A DNA stretch of 64,000 nucleotides, taken from Candidatus Obscuribacteraceae bacterium (GTDB lineage: Bacteria; Cyanobacteriota; Vampirovibrionia; Obscuribacterales; Obscuribacteraceae). The notes under the pieces are model-generated. The model was not told the origin of the DNA. It saw nothing but the letters and a program-made list of their open reading frames with translations, and did no database searches. The position numbers and the translations under genes are program-made. Location of the stretch: contig JBGAHS010000001.1 in NCBI GenBank assembly GCA_044226015.1, forward strand, positions 1,088,001-1,152,000, read 5' to 3'. Below are positions 40,701 through 48,542 of this stretch, piece by piece; the stretch's first letter is position 1; each line of letters begins with the position of its first letter.

Positions 40701-42378
40701 AATGATATCTGATTTCGACTCGCCTACATTAGTTGATTCACCAGCAATCTCCGAAGTCGAATTAGCTAGTTCGCCAGGCATAGATCAATCCATCACAGCT
40801 CCAGATCTCGGACAGGTGTCAATTGATACGCCAGTTCCGCCTGGTGATGCTCCTACAGGAGTGTATAAACGTCCTCCTGCAGTGAATAAAGATGGCGAAA
40901 CAAATGTAGCTATTCCCGTCAGCAAAAAAACATTTGATGCCGACCCAAAGGCACCAGAAACGGTGCCCAATATCGACCCTCTTGCTAATGCCGATACGCT
41001 GCCAAATCAACAAGTAATCAAAGGCAAATTCTGGCGCCCGTTAAACCGTGATGGAGAGACGCAAGTAGAGCTACCTGGACTCAAGAAACCGCAAGCGGGT
41101 GCAGATGCAAACGCTCACGTGGAAGCCACCAAGCAGTTCAAAGATAGTCCCACAGTGAAAATCGAAACTGCCGAAAGCAAGCTAAAAAAGATTCAAGAGG
41201 CCGAGACTATCATTCTCAAGCGTCCTGCCGAACTCGACGCAATGTGGGCTGATACCATAAGCGGGCAACTACCAGAAGTCGTCAAAGCAATTCAGGAAGC
41301 AAAAACAGTTATCATTCAAAGACCTGAAGGTGCTGTCAATCTCGCGGATGCAGAGGTCACAATTCAAATAAAATTGCCTGAAGCGAAAGTTCCAAATCGT
41401 CCGCCGATGGATGATGCACTGGCTAAGAAAATTGAGGCAGCAAAATCCAATCCTTTACCGCGAACTGACATCGATGCCAAACTTGATGTTATGAGCGCAA
41501 TTGATGATGAGATGGAACATAACGGTGAAAAGATTCAAATTGGCTTTCTCGACGTCAATATCAATGGGGTAGATGCATCGCTGGTCAAGCCTGGTGGAGC
41601 ATTCTACTATGACCATCAACCTGGAGCTAAGACAGGTGCCGTTGAAAATAAAGTGCATGTTGAAGCAGCAAATCCAGAGGAATTAGCGAAAATGCAAGCA
41701 GTGCTAATTCCAGCATTGAAGACCGATCCTGCTTTAAAAGATCTGGTCGAAAATTGGAAAACGATTGATCCTCGTTATGGCATGGAAAATCCGAAGTGGG
41801 CAACCGCCGATGGCAAAGCACCATCTGACCAGATTGGCCCTGGTAATCGAGGACAAGATGCAAAAGCGTTCACCATTTATCCTAAAGATGCAAAAGCTGC
41901 GGAGGCTATCGCAAAAAGAATAGACGAAATCTTGGCTCAATATCCGGAGTTCCGAAATAAGGATATTATTCCTAGTGGTAATGCTGATACGCTTGTTGGA
42001 ACAACTAACCGCGTTGGTGTGGTAAAAGACTACATCGAGAAAGCACCGGGTAGTACTGAAGATCGGCCTCAAGGGCTCATCGATCAAGAAGTCGGTGATG
42101 CCATCAAGAATGATGGTGACCTACATGAGCGCGCTGTAGCTAGCGGTGTCACCGCGCTAGATCAATTAAGCAAAGAGCTAGGGTTGCAGCCTGGCATTCT
42201 GCATGAAGATGCTCAAGGAAATATCGTAATTGACTTGCCTCCGGCACCTGGATATAAAAAATTTCCAGTCGTTTACATGGACGAATCGGAGGCCGGAAAA
42301 AATTTCGGAGAGTTTAATTCACGCCCGGCAGTTTATGAGATTTACAAGAAATACGGTTACGATCCCAAGGACTTTTGA
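34786..42378 (+). CDS. Giant 2530-aa multidomain protein: YD-like repeats, annexin-like repeats, hydrophobic segment, Thr/Pro linker, putative OspF/SpvC-like phosphothreonine lyase C-terminal domain
   Basis: Uninterrupted 7.6-kb ORF; motifs detailed in the findings. The ORF is secure, the domain calls are by-eye. Confidence 0.75.
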   Translation: MPDPKSDSVSPATDAEKSEKTVSASQSQAVKDLEQAAEQSKLRDLPRSKTAKYTGNLYTNLTLNHHTGEVRKMLPGKANVADESESKDKKTSKNGDTNSSEAAAAKPDLASATAKAAGDGVANLIRNSDGKVSDIEYANGRDFASMNYDEQGNLKSVNGPIENLQKQADGSWLSTNMEPPGKYENVTVDENGVITMYEKGKKPFSIDPKSDFNEQSEKNATLQSLPDGVNIGRDQQGRVSEITYGNQTDGAYIQYDKDGKPEHINGPIENLQRQSDGSWLSTNTDPPSKYENVTVDENGVITLYEAGEKPYSIDPRTDFTADTAGSGGEIVYPDGTKAEIRRNESGEITELTLRDGMHLLKQENGWQAVNEMGEGIAGSAVKDVDVAEDGSIKLSDYHNNTLEYKPDGSQIEVRNEGSMVEVDIHGRPTKVTLPSPAHGATSFEYNDEGELASIDYGNGNKWTHESGETWKNDQAGTTWQGEIRVLSDGTYSYRATGETEVHTQFPDGSRMTMDASGYRIQTKDGATISSSTDDRINSIDYAGSKVHRDFEYDSKGISSVSYQNDLNGFKDTWKRQGDSNWVQYDDSGKPTGQTWQGEIAIDQENGEYIYQSKGSSEYVVERPDGSIVKADGNHVTEVTRSNGETISFNKYSDQGYLTAYKDSSGSWTSEDGIKWRNQDGDTRIESVTVDSEGTISINNGGETKKLLSNGAEVDVDNASDAKKFYDAQGQLTETIDPNNNIYKFTYNDAAAGSEAQLASVTEPDGITWTPKEKTQLGPLDTIASIFGGNKQVWVSADGQYEKVGDYSINQRDGSLTFKDESTKIETTVRPDGTHTTKDENLKSETYGQVKTTDANGNEKVDTPAVDRKEIETAAKAFHDAIGLMEATTDTDLMKTMLKGRSEAEITVMDDYYKTNYGVSLKEAIAASTSGPDKIELENLVDHVDGQDDNAGFIEVKLAELAETKYLDPKAIDAIGTEIRQKLASMNSEQIAQMNADFAKEDPEHRTVLQAISDNPKISQATKDAVAVYARGTDQLTQKDYQSIVEQSLTNGDLQQFKESIAHMSAEARQDFMANGGESKISEAFSHWYDSDEFVSALDYARNGRESLAHKIATETGNLNDNEAGIEAAVNEMSDADHRAFAEGRKIFAEKGADADPSSMTAEQRDSYQYYKEAHAAFQSAGNQSEVLKWEDKAIAGGEGTIISKALSHAGTVYDDKMGAVIADIENMSEKDFNEFKNNPDFQNRLQEMYSTYLNADEMARVQEVMDKKVQAEDFDAASQARRPFAEAVADAIDAGDEKAFLEAIATMTPSDRADFQNNKDGIRDAVKSYASDSGTQAAVDYLSAKIARGEETSKDDIVVKASIHYATETFVDEAQVTSEVLDAFKKDPTLRDRIINPQNDADRELATAFGTALSSAMGSSDYEAYIKPILETGGLTSEAMSSLFKGTIDSNETGFYEALSSLPAAERKKMQDDPGQYMSFMSAEDRAVAMNILAQDGKMSPEDKIRAYQLGAGTMEKEIKEMLSTMSPEEIELMKRNYAKKYDSNLNADLMSELSGKDLRDTNKMLERPQSSGEAFNDALDDARDVHTGSASQYSDYFNGTGESVDDAAIQFGKTVAEYSKNFQELPPDIQKQLVETMKTAVDAHKESKEAMADAMVNGIVTVAAVAGALPTGGVSLAGVGVLAAGGGAFKVAVKSTMMGESYDWDASAYSDFASGALDAAVSASIAGKGLANLGEEAATKTAEVMSKSASAMMKEGADAVLASEIKNATKTALESGAKEISEATLESIAKAYAKPGMEKAFQQELKETLEKEILAETKDRAKAIAIAFAEEVGASGVGGSAGGAASGIMTADYDYGFLGNLENMAKSAALSAATAAAGTVALKGLFSVGSELYAGLKGIGGKSLADDAITEMNSPTIPDPPPPTIPDLESPTIPRLNPATIPVLEAPVSQGMEPLSISDVDTPTLTDIEPVMISDFDSPTLVDSPAISEVELASSPGIDQSITAPDLGQVSIDTPVPPGDAPTGVYKRPPAVNKDGETNVAIPVSKKTFDADPKAPETVPNIDPLANADTLPNQQVIKGKFWRPLNRDGETQVELPGLKKPQAGADANAHVEATKQFKDSPTVKIETAESKLKKIQEAETIILKRPAELDAMWADTISGQLPEVVKAIQEAKTVIIQRPEGAVNLADAEVTIQIKLPEAKVPNRPPMDDALAKKIEAAKSNPLPRTDIDAKLDVMSAIDDEMEHNGEKIQIGFLDVNINGVDASLVKPGGAFYYDHQPGAKTGAVENKVHVEAANPEELAKMQAVLIPALKTDPALKDLVENWKTIDPRYGMENPKWATADGKAPSDQIGPGNRGQDAKAFTIYPKDAKAAEAIAKRIDEILAQYPEFRNKDIIPSGNADTLVGTTNRVGVVKDYIEKAPGSTEDRPQGLIDQEVGDAIKNDGDLHERAVASGVTALDQLSKELGLQPGILHEDAQGNIVIDLPPAPGYKKFPVVYMDESEAGKNFGEFNSRPAVYEIYKKYGYDPKDF
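35160..35742 (+). repeat. Intragenic duplication, period 321 bp (107 aa)
   Basis: GPIENLQKQADGSWLSTN...YENVTVDENGVITMYE..SIDP starts at 35260; near-identical GPIENLQRQSDGSWLSTN...YENVTVDENGVITLYE..SIDP starts at 35581. Confidence 0.9.
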
Positions 42379-43037
42379 GTGAGTATGAATCAATGACAAG
42401 CAAAACCTTCTATTCTCCGCTATCGCAAAGAGTGCGTCCTTTTCTGGTTATGTCCCAGGCCAGAGCTGCAAAAGCAAATGCAAGACTGAGCATAACGCGT
42501 CGCTTTGTTTTGGGAAGTACGCATTGGCTTCTCGTCACAAATCCTCAAGATCAATCAAGTCAGGAAGTTTCCATAGACTGGCTTTCGCCTCGGTATGAAG
42601 GCGTTTTTGCTGCACTACTACCTGCCTATATGAGTTTCGACCCCAGTGATGGTGCAGTGGAACACACAATTGTTGAAGTAATTAATAAAACCGAACTTAG
42701 GATTTTAAATGAGCAAGAAATAGCAGTGCTCTTGCCTCATATTCAAGCTGAAATTGTAGGGAGGCGAATTTGGACCGAAGACCTGCAGCAAAGCACCCTA
42801 TTTGGTGACATCAAGAATTCGTTGGGTACCTTCAGTGAAGAGCCTTCAGTGAAAGAGTCTTCAGTGAAAGAGTCTGATGCCGTTGATTTGCTTGCTTCAG
42901 CTGATAGTCATGGTGCGGTCCCCTCTACAGGAACAGATGTTTCGTCTGCAGCAGTAGCTTCCGCACCAGTTGCTTCAGATAGTTCTGAAAACTTGCCTGA
43001 TTCTGCTAAATCGCCAAGGAAGAGGCGTTTTTTCTGA
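42375..43037 (+). CDS. Hypothetical protein overlapping the giant gene's stop codon (candidate immunity/partner; alternative ATG at 42393)
   Basis: TTG start overlaps the TGA stop; about 150-aa globular-looking part plus Ser/Ala-rich tail. Confidence 0.6.
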   Translation: MSEYESMTSKTFYSPLSQRVRPFLVMSQARAAKANARLSITRRFVLGSTHWLLVTNPQDQSSQEVSIDWLSPRYEGVFAALLPAYMSFDPSDGAVEHTIVEVINKTELRILNEQEIAVLLPHIQAEIVGRRIWTEDLQQSTLFGDIKNSLGTFSEEPSVKESSVKESDAVDLLASADSHGAVPSTGTDVSSAAVASAPVASDSSENLPDSAKSPRKRRFF

Positions 43038-43217
43038 TGAAATTGCTTGAAACGGCTAGATGTCTATTCTTTTTGAAGGACCTATTTCTCCAGACACTCT
43101 GACTGGTGACCCTTATGTCGTCCACAACATCTGCCCGTGGTGAGCTGATTGGAGGCAAGGCGCCGGGGCATAAAGCAAGTAATGTACCTTTCGCGATAAT
43201 GGCTAGGAGCTGTTTTC

Positions 43218-44816
43218 ATGCAATCAAAATCAACGCGTGAAATGTCTTGGGTTCTGGATGGCAGCTCAGAAACAACCGGCGAATACATCAAAGGCAAAAC
43301 GATTACTACGGGCAGTCTCAAACGTAGCGTTTGGAAGCTCTGGCCTCCATTGGTTTTAATTTCGCTTTGCTTTGCGTTGATTCGCCTGGTCCATGTAATG
43401 TGCGCTGGGTATGTTAGCAATGGAGCTCAGGCAATCATTGGCATCTGTGACCTCTATCTTTCACTGGGCTACATAATTCTGGTTTCGCTGTCCTCGGCCG
43501 CTTCAGCATTCGTCTCGCGTTGTGCCGGCAAAGACTCAATCAAAGAAATCGCGGACTCTACCGGACAGGCTTTGAGACTGTGCTTTTTAACTGGTGTTGT
43601 GTTAGCGTTGGTGCTGCGATTCAGTGCAGACTATGTTTTGATTCCTTTCTCGGGTTGTGTCGAAGACTGTGATCAAACCTTGAGTTTTGGAGTAGCGTAT
43701 CTGGATTATGCGGCGTTTTCACTTATTCCCTACGGCGCACTCACAGCAATAAATGCGGCCTTTCTGGGAATGGGTCAAAGCAGGGTGAAGCTCATAACAA
43801 TTGTGACACTCGCTGTAATTGACATTGGCATAACTTATTGCTTGCTTGTGCTCAATTGGCCGGCGAACAATCTCGGCATAAAAGCCATCGGCATAGCCTC
43901 ACTAATTGGCACTTCGGTAGCAAGTTTGCTTGCCCTTCTCATGCTTGCTGCCTCGCCACTTAATGCCGCATTCTCAGCACTGCTAAGCAAGCGAAACACG
44001 GTCGCAAATGGCATCATTGCAACAGGAATTCCAGCAGCGCTTCAAGATATGTGCTGGAGCTTGAGTGAGTTTGTGCTGTACTACATTCTCAAAATGGTGC
44101 CTGATTCGACGTCTGTTGTCGCAGCGTTGAACATCGGGCAGCGGCTTGAGTCAATGGTAACATTTCCTCTTACTGCATTAGGATCGACAATGATCGTAAT
44201 CACCGGACAAAACCTCGGTGCTCGGCGCTTGAACAGAGCCTTTCGCTCTAGTGTCGGAGCGCTTGCTGGCGCTGCGGCAGTGATGGCAGTCGCTGGACTT
44301 GTGCTTTTCTTTTTTGCAAATCACGTTGCTGCTGCGGGCAATGCTTCAGCCGAAACCTTGCCTTTTGTTGTGAACTATTTGAAGTTTGCTGCCATCGGAT
44401 TAGTTTTTGTGGGATTTGATCTCGTAGTCGCAGGCATTCTGCAAGCTCTTCACGACACGAAGATTCCCATGATAATTAATTTCGCCACGACTTGGTTGGT
44501 AAGCCTGCCGCTCATGTACCTTCTGGCTGTAAAGTTGAATATGGGTGCAAACGGAATATGGCTATCCATTCTGCTTGCGAACATCACACTTGGCTCTTCC
44601 GAATTAATTCGTTTCTTTCTCAATCCCGAGTGGAAACATCTGAAATCCAAGAAAGGCACCAATGGTGGTGATCAGGATGAGGATACTTTGCTGCTTGAGC
44701 CTGATGACGAGGTTCTAGATGCTAACGCGCAGCACGTCTCCAGGGGACGACCGTGTCAGGAAATCAAAAGAATGATTCCCGAACCAACACCAGATGAAAG
44801 TGAGCCGTCTCAGTAA
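43218..44816 (+). CDS. MATE-family efflux transporter
   Basis: ITTGSLKRSVWKLWPP, GIPAALQ, GQNLGARR, GILQALHDTKIP, MGANGIW; about 12 TM segments. Confidence 0.88.
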   Translation: MQSKSTREMSWVLDGSSETTGEYIKGKTITTGSLKRSVWKLWPPLVLISLCFALIRLVHVMCAGYVSNGAQAIIGICDLYLSLGYIILVSLSSAASAFVSRCAGKDSIKEIADSTGQALRLCFLTGVVLALVLRFSADYVLIPFSGCVEDCDQTLSFGVAYLDYAAFSLIPYGALTAINAAFLGMGQSRVKLITIVTLAVIDIGITYCLLVLNWPANNLGIKAIGIASLIGTSVASLLALLMLAASPLNAAFSALLSKRNTVANGIIATGIPAALQDMCWSLSEFVLYYILKMVPDSTSVVAALNIGQRLESMVTFPLTALGSTMIVITGQNLGARRLNRAFRSSVGALAGAAAVMAVAGLVLFFFANHVAAAGNASAETLPFVVNYLKFAAIGLVFVGFDLVVAGILQALHDTKIPMIINFATTWLVSLPLMYLLAVKLNMGANGIWLSILLANITLGSSELIRFFLNPEWKHLKSKKGTNGGDQDEDTLLLEPDDEVLDANAQHVSRGRPCQEIKRMIPEPTPDESEPSQ

Positions 44817-44883
44817 GACCGGGCGGTTATCATCTTTTGGCAGTTTCTATGAGCCTTTTTTATTTTATGGTCAACAGCAATTT

Positions 44884-46041
44884 CTAGGCGAAACCTCTTT
44901 GTTCCCTGAGTCGCTGGGCAATCTCTCCCCAGGTAGGAACTTTGTTGGTGAAGGTTTCCGAATCCTTGATGATTGCTTGCGGAATTAGACTGGCAGACTT
45001 GTTAACTACGTTCGGCATCTTCTTTATTGCAGTTCCAATTGCAATAAGCTCAATTACACCACCTCCAAGATCGTAGACATAGGTCTTTACGCCGACTACA
45101 TCCTCAGCCCCGCAACTTGTTGCATCTTCCTGGACCATGTTCAATGCTTTCAGCCTTGCTTGATAAATTAAATATGTGAGTTCTTTGATTTCGCCGCGAA
45201 CGAAACTCTTGAACATTGCTTTGATACCACCTGTGATTCCAATCGAAAATACGGAAACACCAAGAACGAGCTTGACAGGGCAGTAGCCAGCATGCACAAC
45301 ATTCCACATTTCTTCATTAGTGAGATCGCTTGTAATGGGTGATTCTGTGTACTCCTGAGGCAAGCCGGGATGATGGGATGCTGTTCCTGTCATAAGCATT
45401 TCTTGAACGCCTGCTAGCGGTGAGATGAGCGTTTCAATGCCTAAGACCGCATTTGCTCCGGCTTCTTTTGCTTCTGCTACGATACGAGACAAAGCTAGAT
45501 GTCTGGTCTTGTTGAGCATCTGCGAGTATTCGATAACTTCCCCGCTTTTCATACTGCGCAATGAACCCATTATGCCGCCTGCAATTCCAAGAGAGTAGGC
45601 AACGTTTCCAAAGACAAATTGAACTGGCTCGAAGCCGCAGTCCATTTGGCAATACAATGATTGTCCGTTAGCTGAAGTTGAAAAAACATGGTCGGGCGTG
45701 TGCGGTTTGCCTTGACCAACGCGGTGTATTGTTGAGCCAATCGCGAGGTATTCGATGTTAGTATCGTGAAAGATGAGTTGACTTGTCACTCCTGTTACGC
45801 CTTCACCAACATGTCTTCTTGCTTCTTCAACCATGCGTAAGTAGGCTTGCTGACGCCCCTCTTTGATAATGCTGGTTATCTCGTGTATTTCTCCACCAGC
45901 AATTGTGCGGAGTCCAGAAGCAATGCCGCCTACAACTCCGAGCGCAAAAACGCTGTTTCCCACAACTAAGTTTCCCGGCTCAAAACCTTTTTCACGCATG
46001 CAATAAAGTTCGTTTCCCGATAGTCCGGTAATTATTGCCAT
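44884..46041 (-). CDS. Tandem YbjQ/UPF0145-domain protein
   Basis: Three repeats of GE(I/V)xE...R..A..R...EA...GAxxVxG...GTA, each preceded by a (T/S)xLS/TxxE-like element. Confidence 0.8.
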   Translation of the reverse strand: MAIITGLSGNELYCMREKGFEPGNLVVGNSVFALGVVGGIASGLRTIAGGEIHEITSIIKEGRQQAYLRMVEEARRHVGEGVTGVTSQLIFHDTNIEYLAIGSTIHRVGQGKPHTPDHVFSTSANGQSLYCQMDCGFEPVQFVFGNVAYSLGIAGGIMGSLRSMKSGEVIEYSQMLNKTRHLALSRIVAEAKEAGANAVLGIETLISPLAGVQEMLMTGTASHHPGLPQEYTESPITSDLTNEEMWNVVHAGYCPVKLVLGVSVFSIGITGGIKAMFKSFVRGEIKELTYLIYQARLKALNMVQEDATSCGAEDVVGVKTYVYDLGGGVIELIAIGTAIKKMPNVVNKSASLIPQAIIKDSETFTNKVPTWGEIAQRLREQRGFA

Positions 46042-46306
46042 TTGCTGATCTCCCTCTATCTAAACTACAGCACGCTCAATGTTCGTGTATTGTAATAGCT
46101 ATCATACCCATCATTCGCGCAGCTGCTGTTTATCTCGCAAGCCACGATTCGTCGTTGATTCGTTAGCTGCGATTCATGACTGGCTTGGATATGCTTGCGT
46201 TTAACTACAAAATCGCCGAAGTCTTTCTGTCTAAATTATTTACAGGAATAAATTACTTGTTGGCCTTTTCGGGAATAATGTAATTTATGTAGCAGAGGTA
46301 ATCATC

Positions 46307-48520
46307 ATGAGCGCCCACCCAGATGAGTCCGAAGGCGTCGAATCTCCGAAGACGACGGACAGGTCTGAGAAGGCAGAGAGAGGCGCTCTGACGCTGCAAG
46401 GCAGCGTCTCAATGGATGAAATCTCGACATTCAATGATAAAAACAAGCACGAACTTAGTCCTGAAAACAGGCGTGACCGGCGCACAGCAGGGCGTGGCAC
46501 TTTTGGCGAATGCGAAATTCAGACAATTAAGACTTGTGGCAATGACAAGCAAACCTCTGTGGAATTAAAAAACGGTTTGCCGGAGAAGATATTTACTCAC
46601 GGTCAAGAATGGGAGCGCAGCAGCAATTCTAAAGTATGGAACGTTACCGAGGGAGACAAGAATTACGACCTGAAAGCTGATGTGCGCTTAAAAGGAAACG
46701 ACCTTATAGCGAAAGTACATTATGAAAATGGACGGGAAGTAACCTATAAGAATGGTGAGCCGACTGCGATTCATCATCCGAATGGTGAGATCTGGAGCAA
46801 AGACACGAAGCAGGAAGGACGGTGGAATGTTTCTGTTCCTAACAAAGATGATCCTGCGCATCCACACAAAACAACGATTACAGACGTTCAAGTTAATACC
46901 GCTGATGGTGACATAAAATGGCACGTTGATCAGGGGGCTGCGAAGGGGCACGATCGAGAAATTACTGCGGATAAGCAGTATCACGACCGCGTGAATGGCG
47001 TAGAGGTGAGCAATCACAAATTGGAGCAGGCAGTTAGAAATGGTTCTCCAAATCATCAATTAGAGAGGGCTCCTCTCAAGGCGGAGCATGTAGAACAGGT
47101 TCTCTATAAAGCAGAGAAGCCAGCAGTGCCTCACAGGGAAGCGGAGAAGACAGCTCCGCACGAAAAATCCGCGGCGCAAAAGCTCGAACACCGATCACCA
47201 TCATCATCAAAAGCAGAGCATGTAGAACAGGTTCTCTATAAAGCAGAGAAGCCAGCAGTGCCTCACAGGGAAGCGGAGAAGACGGCTCCGCACGAAAAAT
47301 CCGCGGCGCAAAAGCTCGAACACAATTCGGCTTCGAAGGCAGATTCAGAATCATCGAAAGAACACAGAGCGACCAAGAATTCAGAACAGAAGGGCGAAAT
47401 CAAGCACGAAGAAAAGGAAGAAACAGATCCTCGGCGCATTGGTTTTATGCCAGATCTCTACAAGTACTACGAAGAGAGAGCCACCCGTGAGACTGCGGAA
47501 CGAGCAAGAGTGATGTCAGAAATCTCCATGGCTATTACTCATAAGAACTATCAAATTCCGGAGTCAGAACACCCGAAGTATGACGCCAGGAACGAAACTA
47601 AAAACGATCGTTTTGCTCCACCGGGCATCGGCGAAGACCTTCACAAATTCTACGCTGAAAGAGCCCGAATTGAGACGGAGGAGAGAATGCGTTCTTTCCG
47701 TGAAGTAAATGTCGCTATTGGACGTGCCTTCGAGAAGCAAGGCGAACAGGCGAGAAGAAAAGCCTTTGCCGAGTTGCTAACAAATACCCAAGTAGTCAAA
47801 GACCACGTGATGGAACAAGTTAAAGCAGCGGCACCAAAAGTGATGGCAAATGCGATGAGCATTCCACCATTCGATCGGAATACTGATTCGAACCATGCTG
47901 GTGGAAAAAATCAATTGCTAAGTCGCCAGTCAATTGATAATGGCGCATCATCAGATCATGCAACTCCTCATGTTCATCGTGGTGCGCTACTTAATAGGCT
48001 CGCCTCTCCGCATGAGGAAAACACTGAATCGGCACCTCATGCGAACAGACCTGGCGTCCTGCTTAGGCACTTGCAGGAGAGCAAAGCTGCTTCAAGAACA
48101 GATGAAAATCACAACGCCAGCGAAGTTAAAAATACAAATAGCATCTGGGAAGCTGGCAAAAACATGCTCAAGACTAACTGGCATACACAAAGTCATATCA
48201 ACAATGGTTCAGAGGCACACGTGCGATCGTCCTACAACGGACGAATTCTTGAGCGCGTGCCGCAGAGCTTCATCTCACAAGGTGGGGACAATTCTCATCC
48301 GAATGCGTACCAGGCTCGCCCTCGGGAGCTGCCGCATTACAATTCCAGCAACGATGTTAACACCAACAGTATGCTCCGCGCGGCGTCAAATATGTTCGTA
48401 GTAAACAAGAGTTTCGTCAACTACGCCAGTTCTCGAACAGATGGTGGCGGTTTCAAAACTTACAATGGTCAAGCACTGCACAGAGTTCCAACCAGCTACA
48501 TTTCACGACGCATTCATTGA
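46307..48520 (+). CDS. Hypothetical 737-aa leaderless protein with Trp-containing beta repeats and several internal duplications
   Basis: Long ORF with GAGG RBS; no recognised family. Confidence 0.75.
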   Translation: MSAHPDESEGVESPKTTDRSEKAERGALTLQGSVSMDEISTFNDKNKHELSPENRRDRRTAGRGTFGECEIQTIKTCGNDKQTSVELKNGLPEKIFTHGQEWERSSNSKVWNVTEGDKNYDLKADVRLKGNDLIAKVHYENGREVTYKNGEPTAIHHPNGEIWSKDTKQEGRWNVSVPNKDDPAHPHKTTITDVQVNTADGDIKWHVDQGAAKGHDREITADKQYHDRVNGVEVSNHKLEQAVRNGSPNHQLERAPLKAEHVEQVLYKAEKPAVPHREAEKTAPHEKSAAQKLEHRSPSSSKAEHVEQVLYKAEKPAVPHREAEKTAPHEKSAAQKLEHNSASKADSESSKEHRATKNSEQKGEIKHEEKEETDPRRIGFMPDLYKYYEERATRETAERARVMSEISMAITHKNYQIPESEHPKYDARNETKNDRFAPPGIGEDLHKFYAERARIETEERMRSFREVNVAIGRAFEKQGEQARRKAFAELLTNTQVVKDHVMEQVKAAAPKVMANAMSIPPFDRNTDSNHAGGKNQLLSRQSIDNGASSDHATPHVHRGALLNRLASPHEENTESAPHANRPGVLLRHLQESKAASRTDENHNASEVKNTNSIWEAGKNMLKTNWHTQSHINNGSEAHVRSSYNGRILERVPQSFISQGGDNSHPNAYQARPRELPHYNSSNDVNTNSMLRAASNMFVVNKSFVNYASSRTDGGGFKTYNGQALHRVPTSYISRRIH
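47084..47323 (+). repeat. Near-perfect 108-bp direct repeat (period 132 bp = 44 aa) inside the CDS
   Basis: 47084-47191 and 47216-47323 both encode EHVEQVLYKAEKPAVPHREAEKTAPHEKSAAQKLEH; one synonymous mismatch seen. Confidence 0.95.
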
Positions 48521-48542
48521 CCCGAAGCCTAATGGAAAATAA

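Noticed and set aside
34786..42378. Canonical RHS toxin or lanthipeptide synthetase
   Set aside because: No PxxxxDPxG core motif seen; no kinase, cyclase or precursor peptide accompanies the lyase-like domain.
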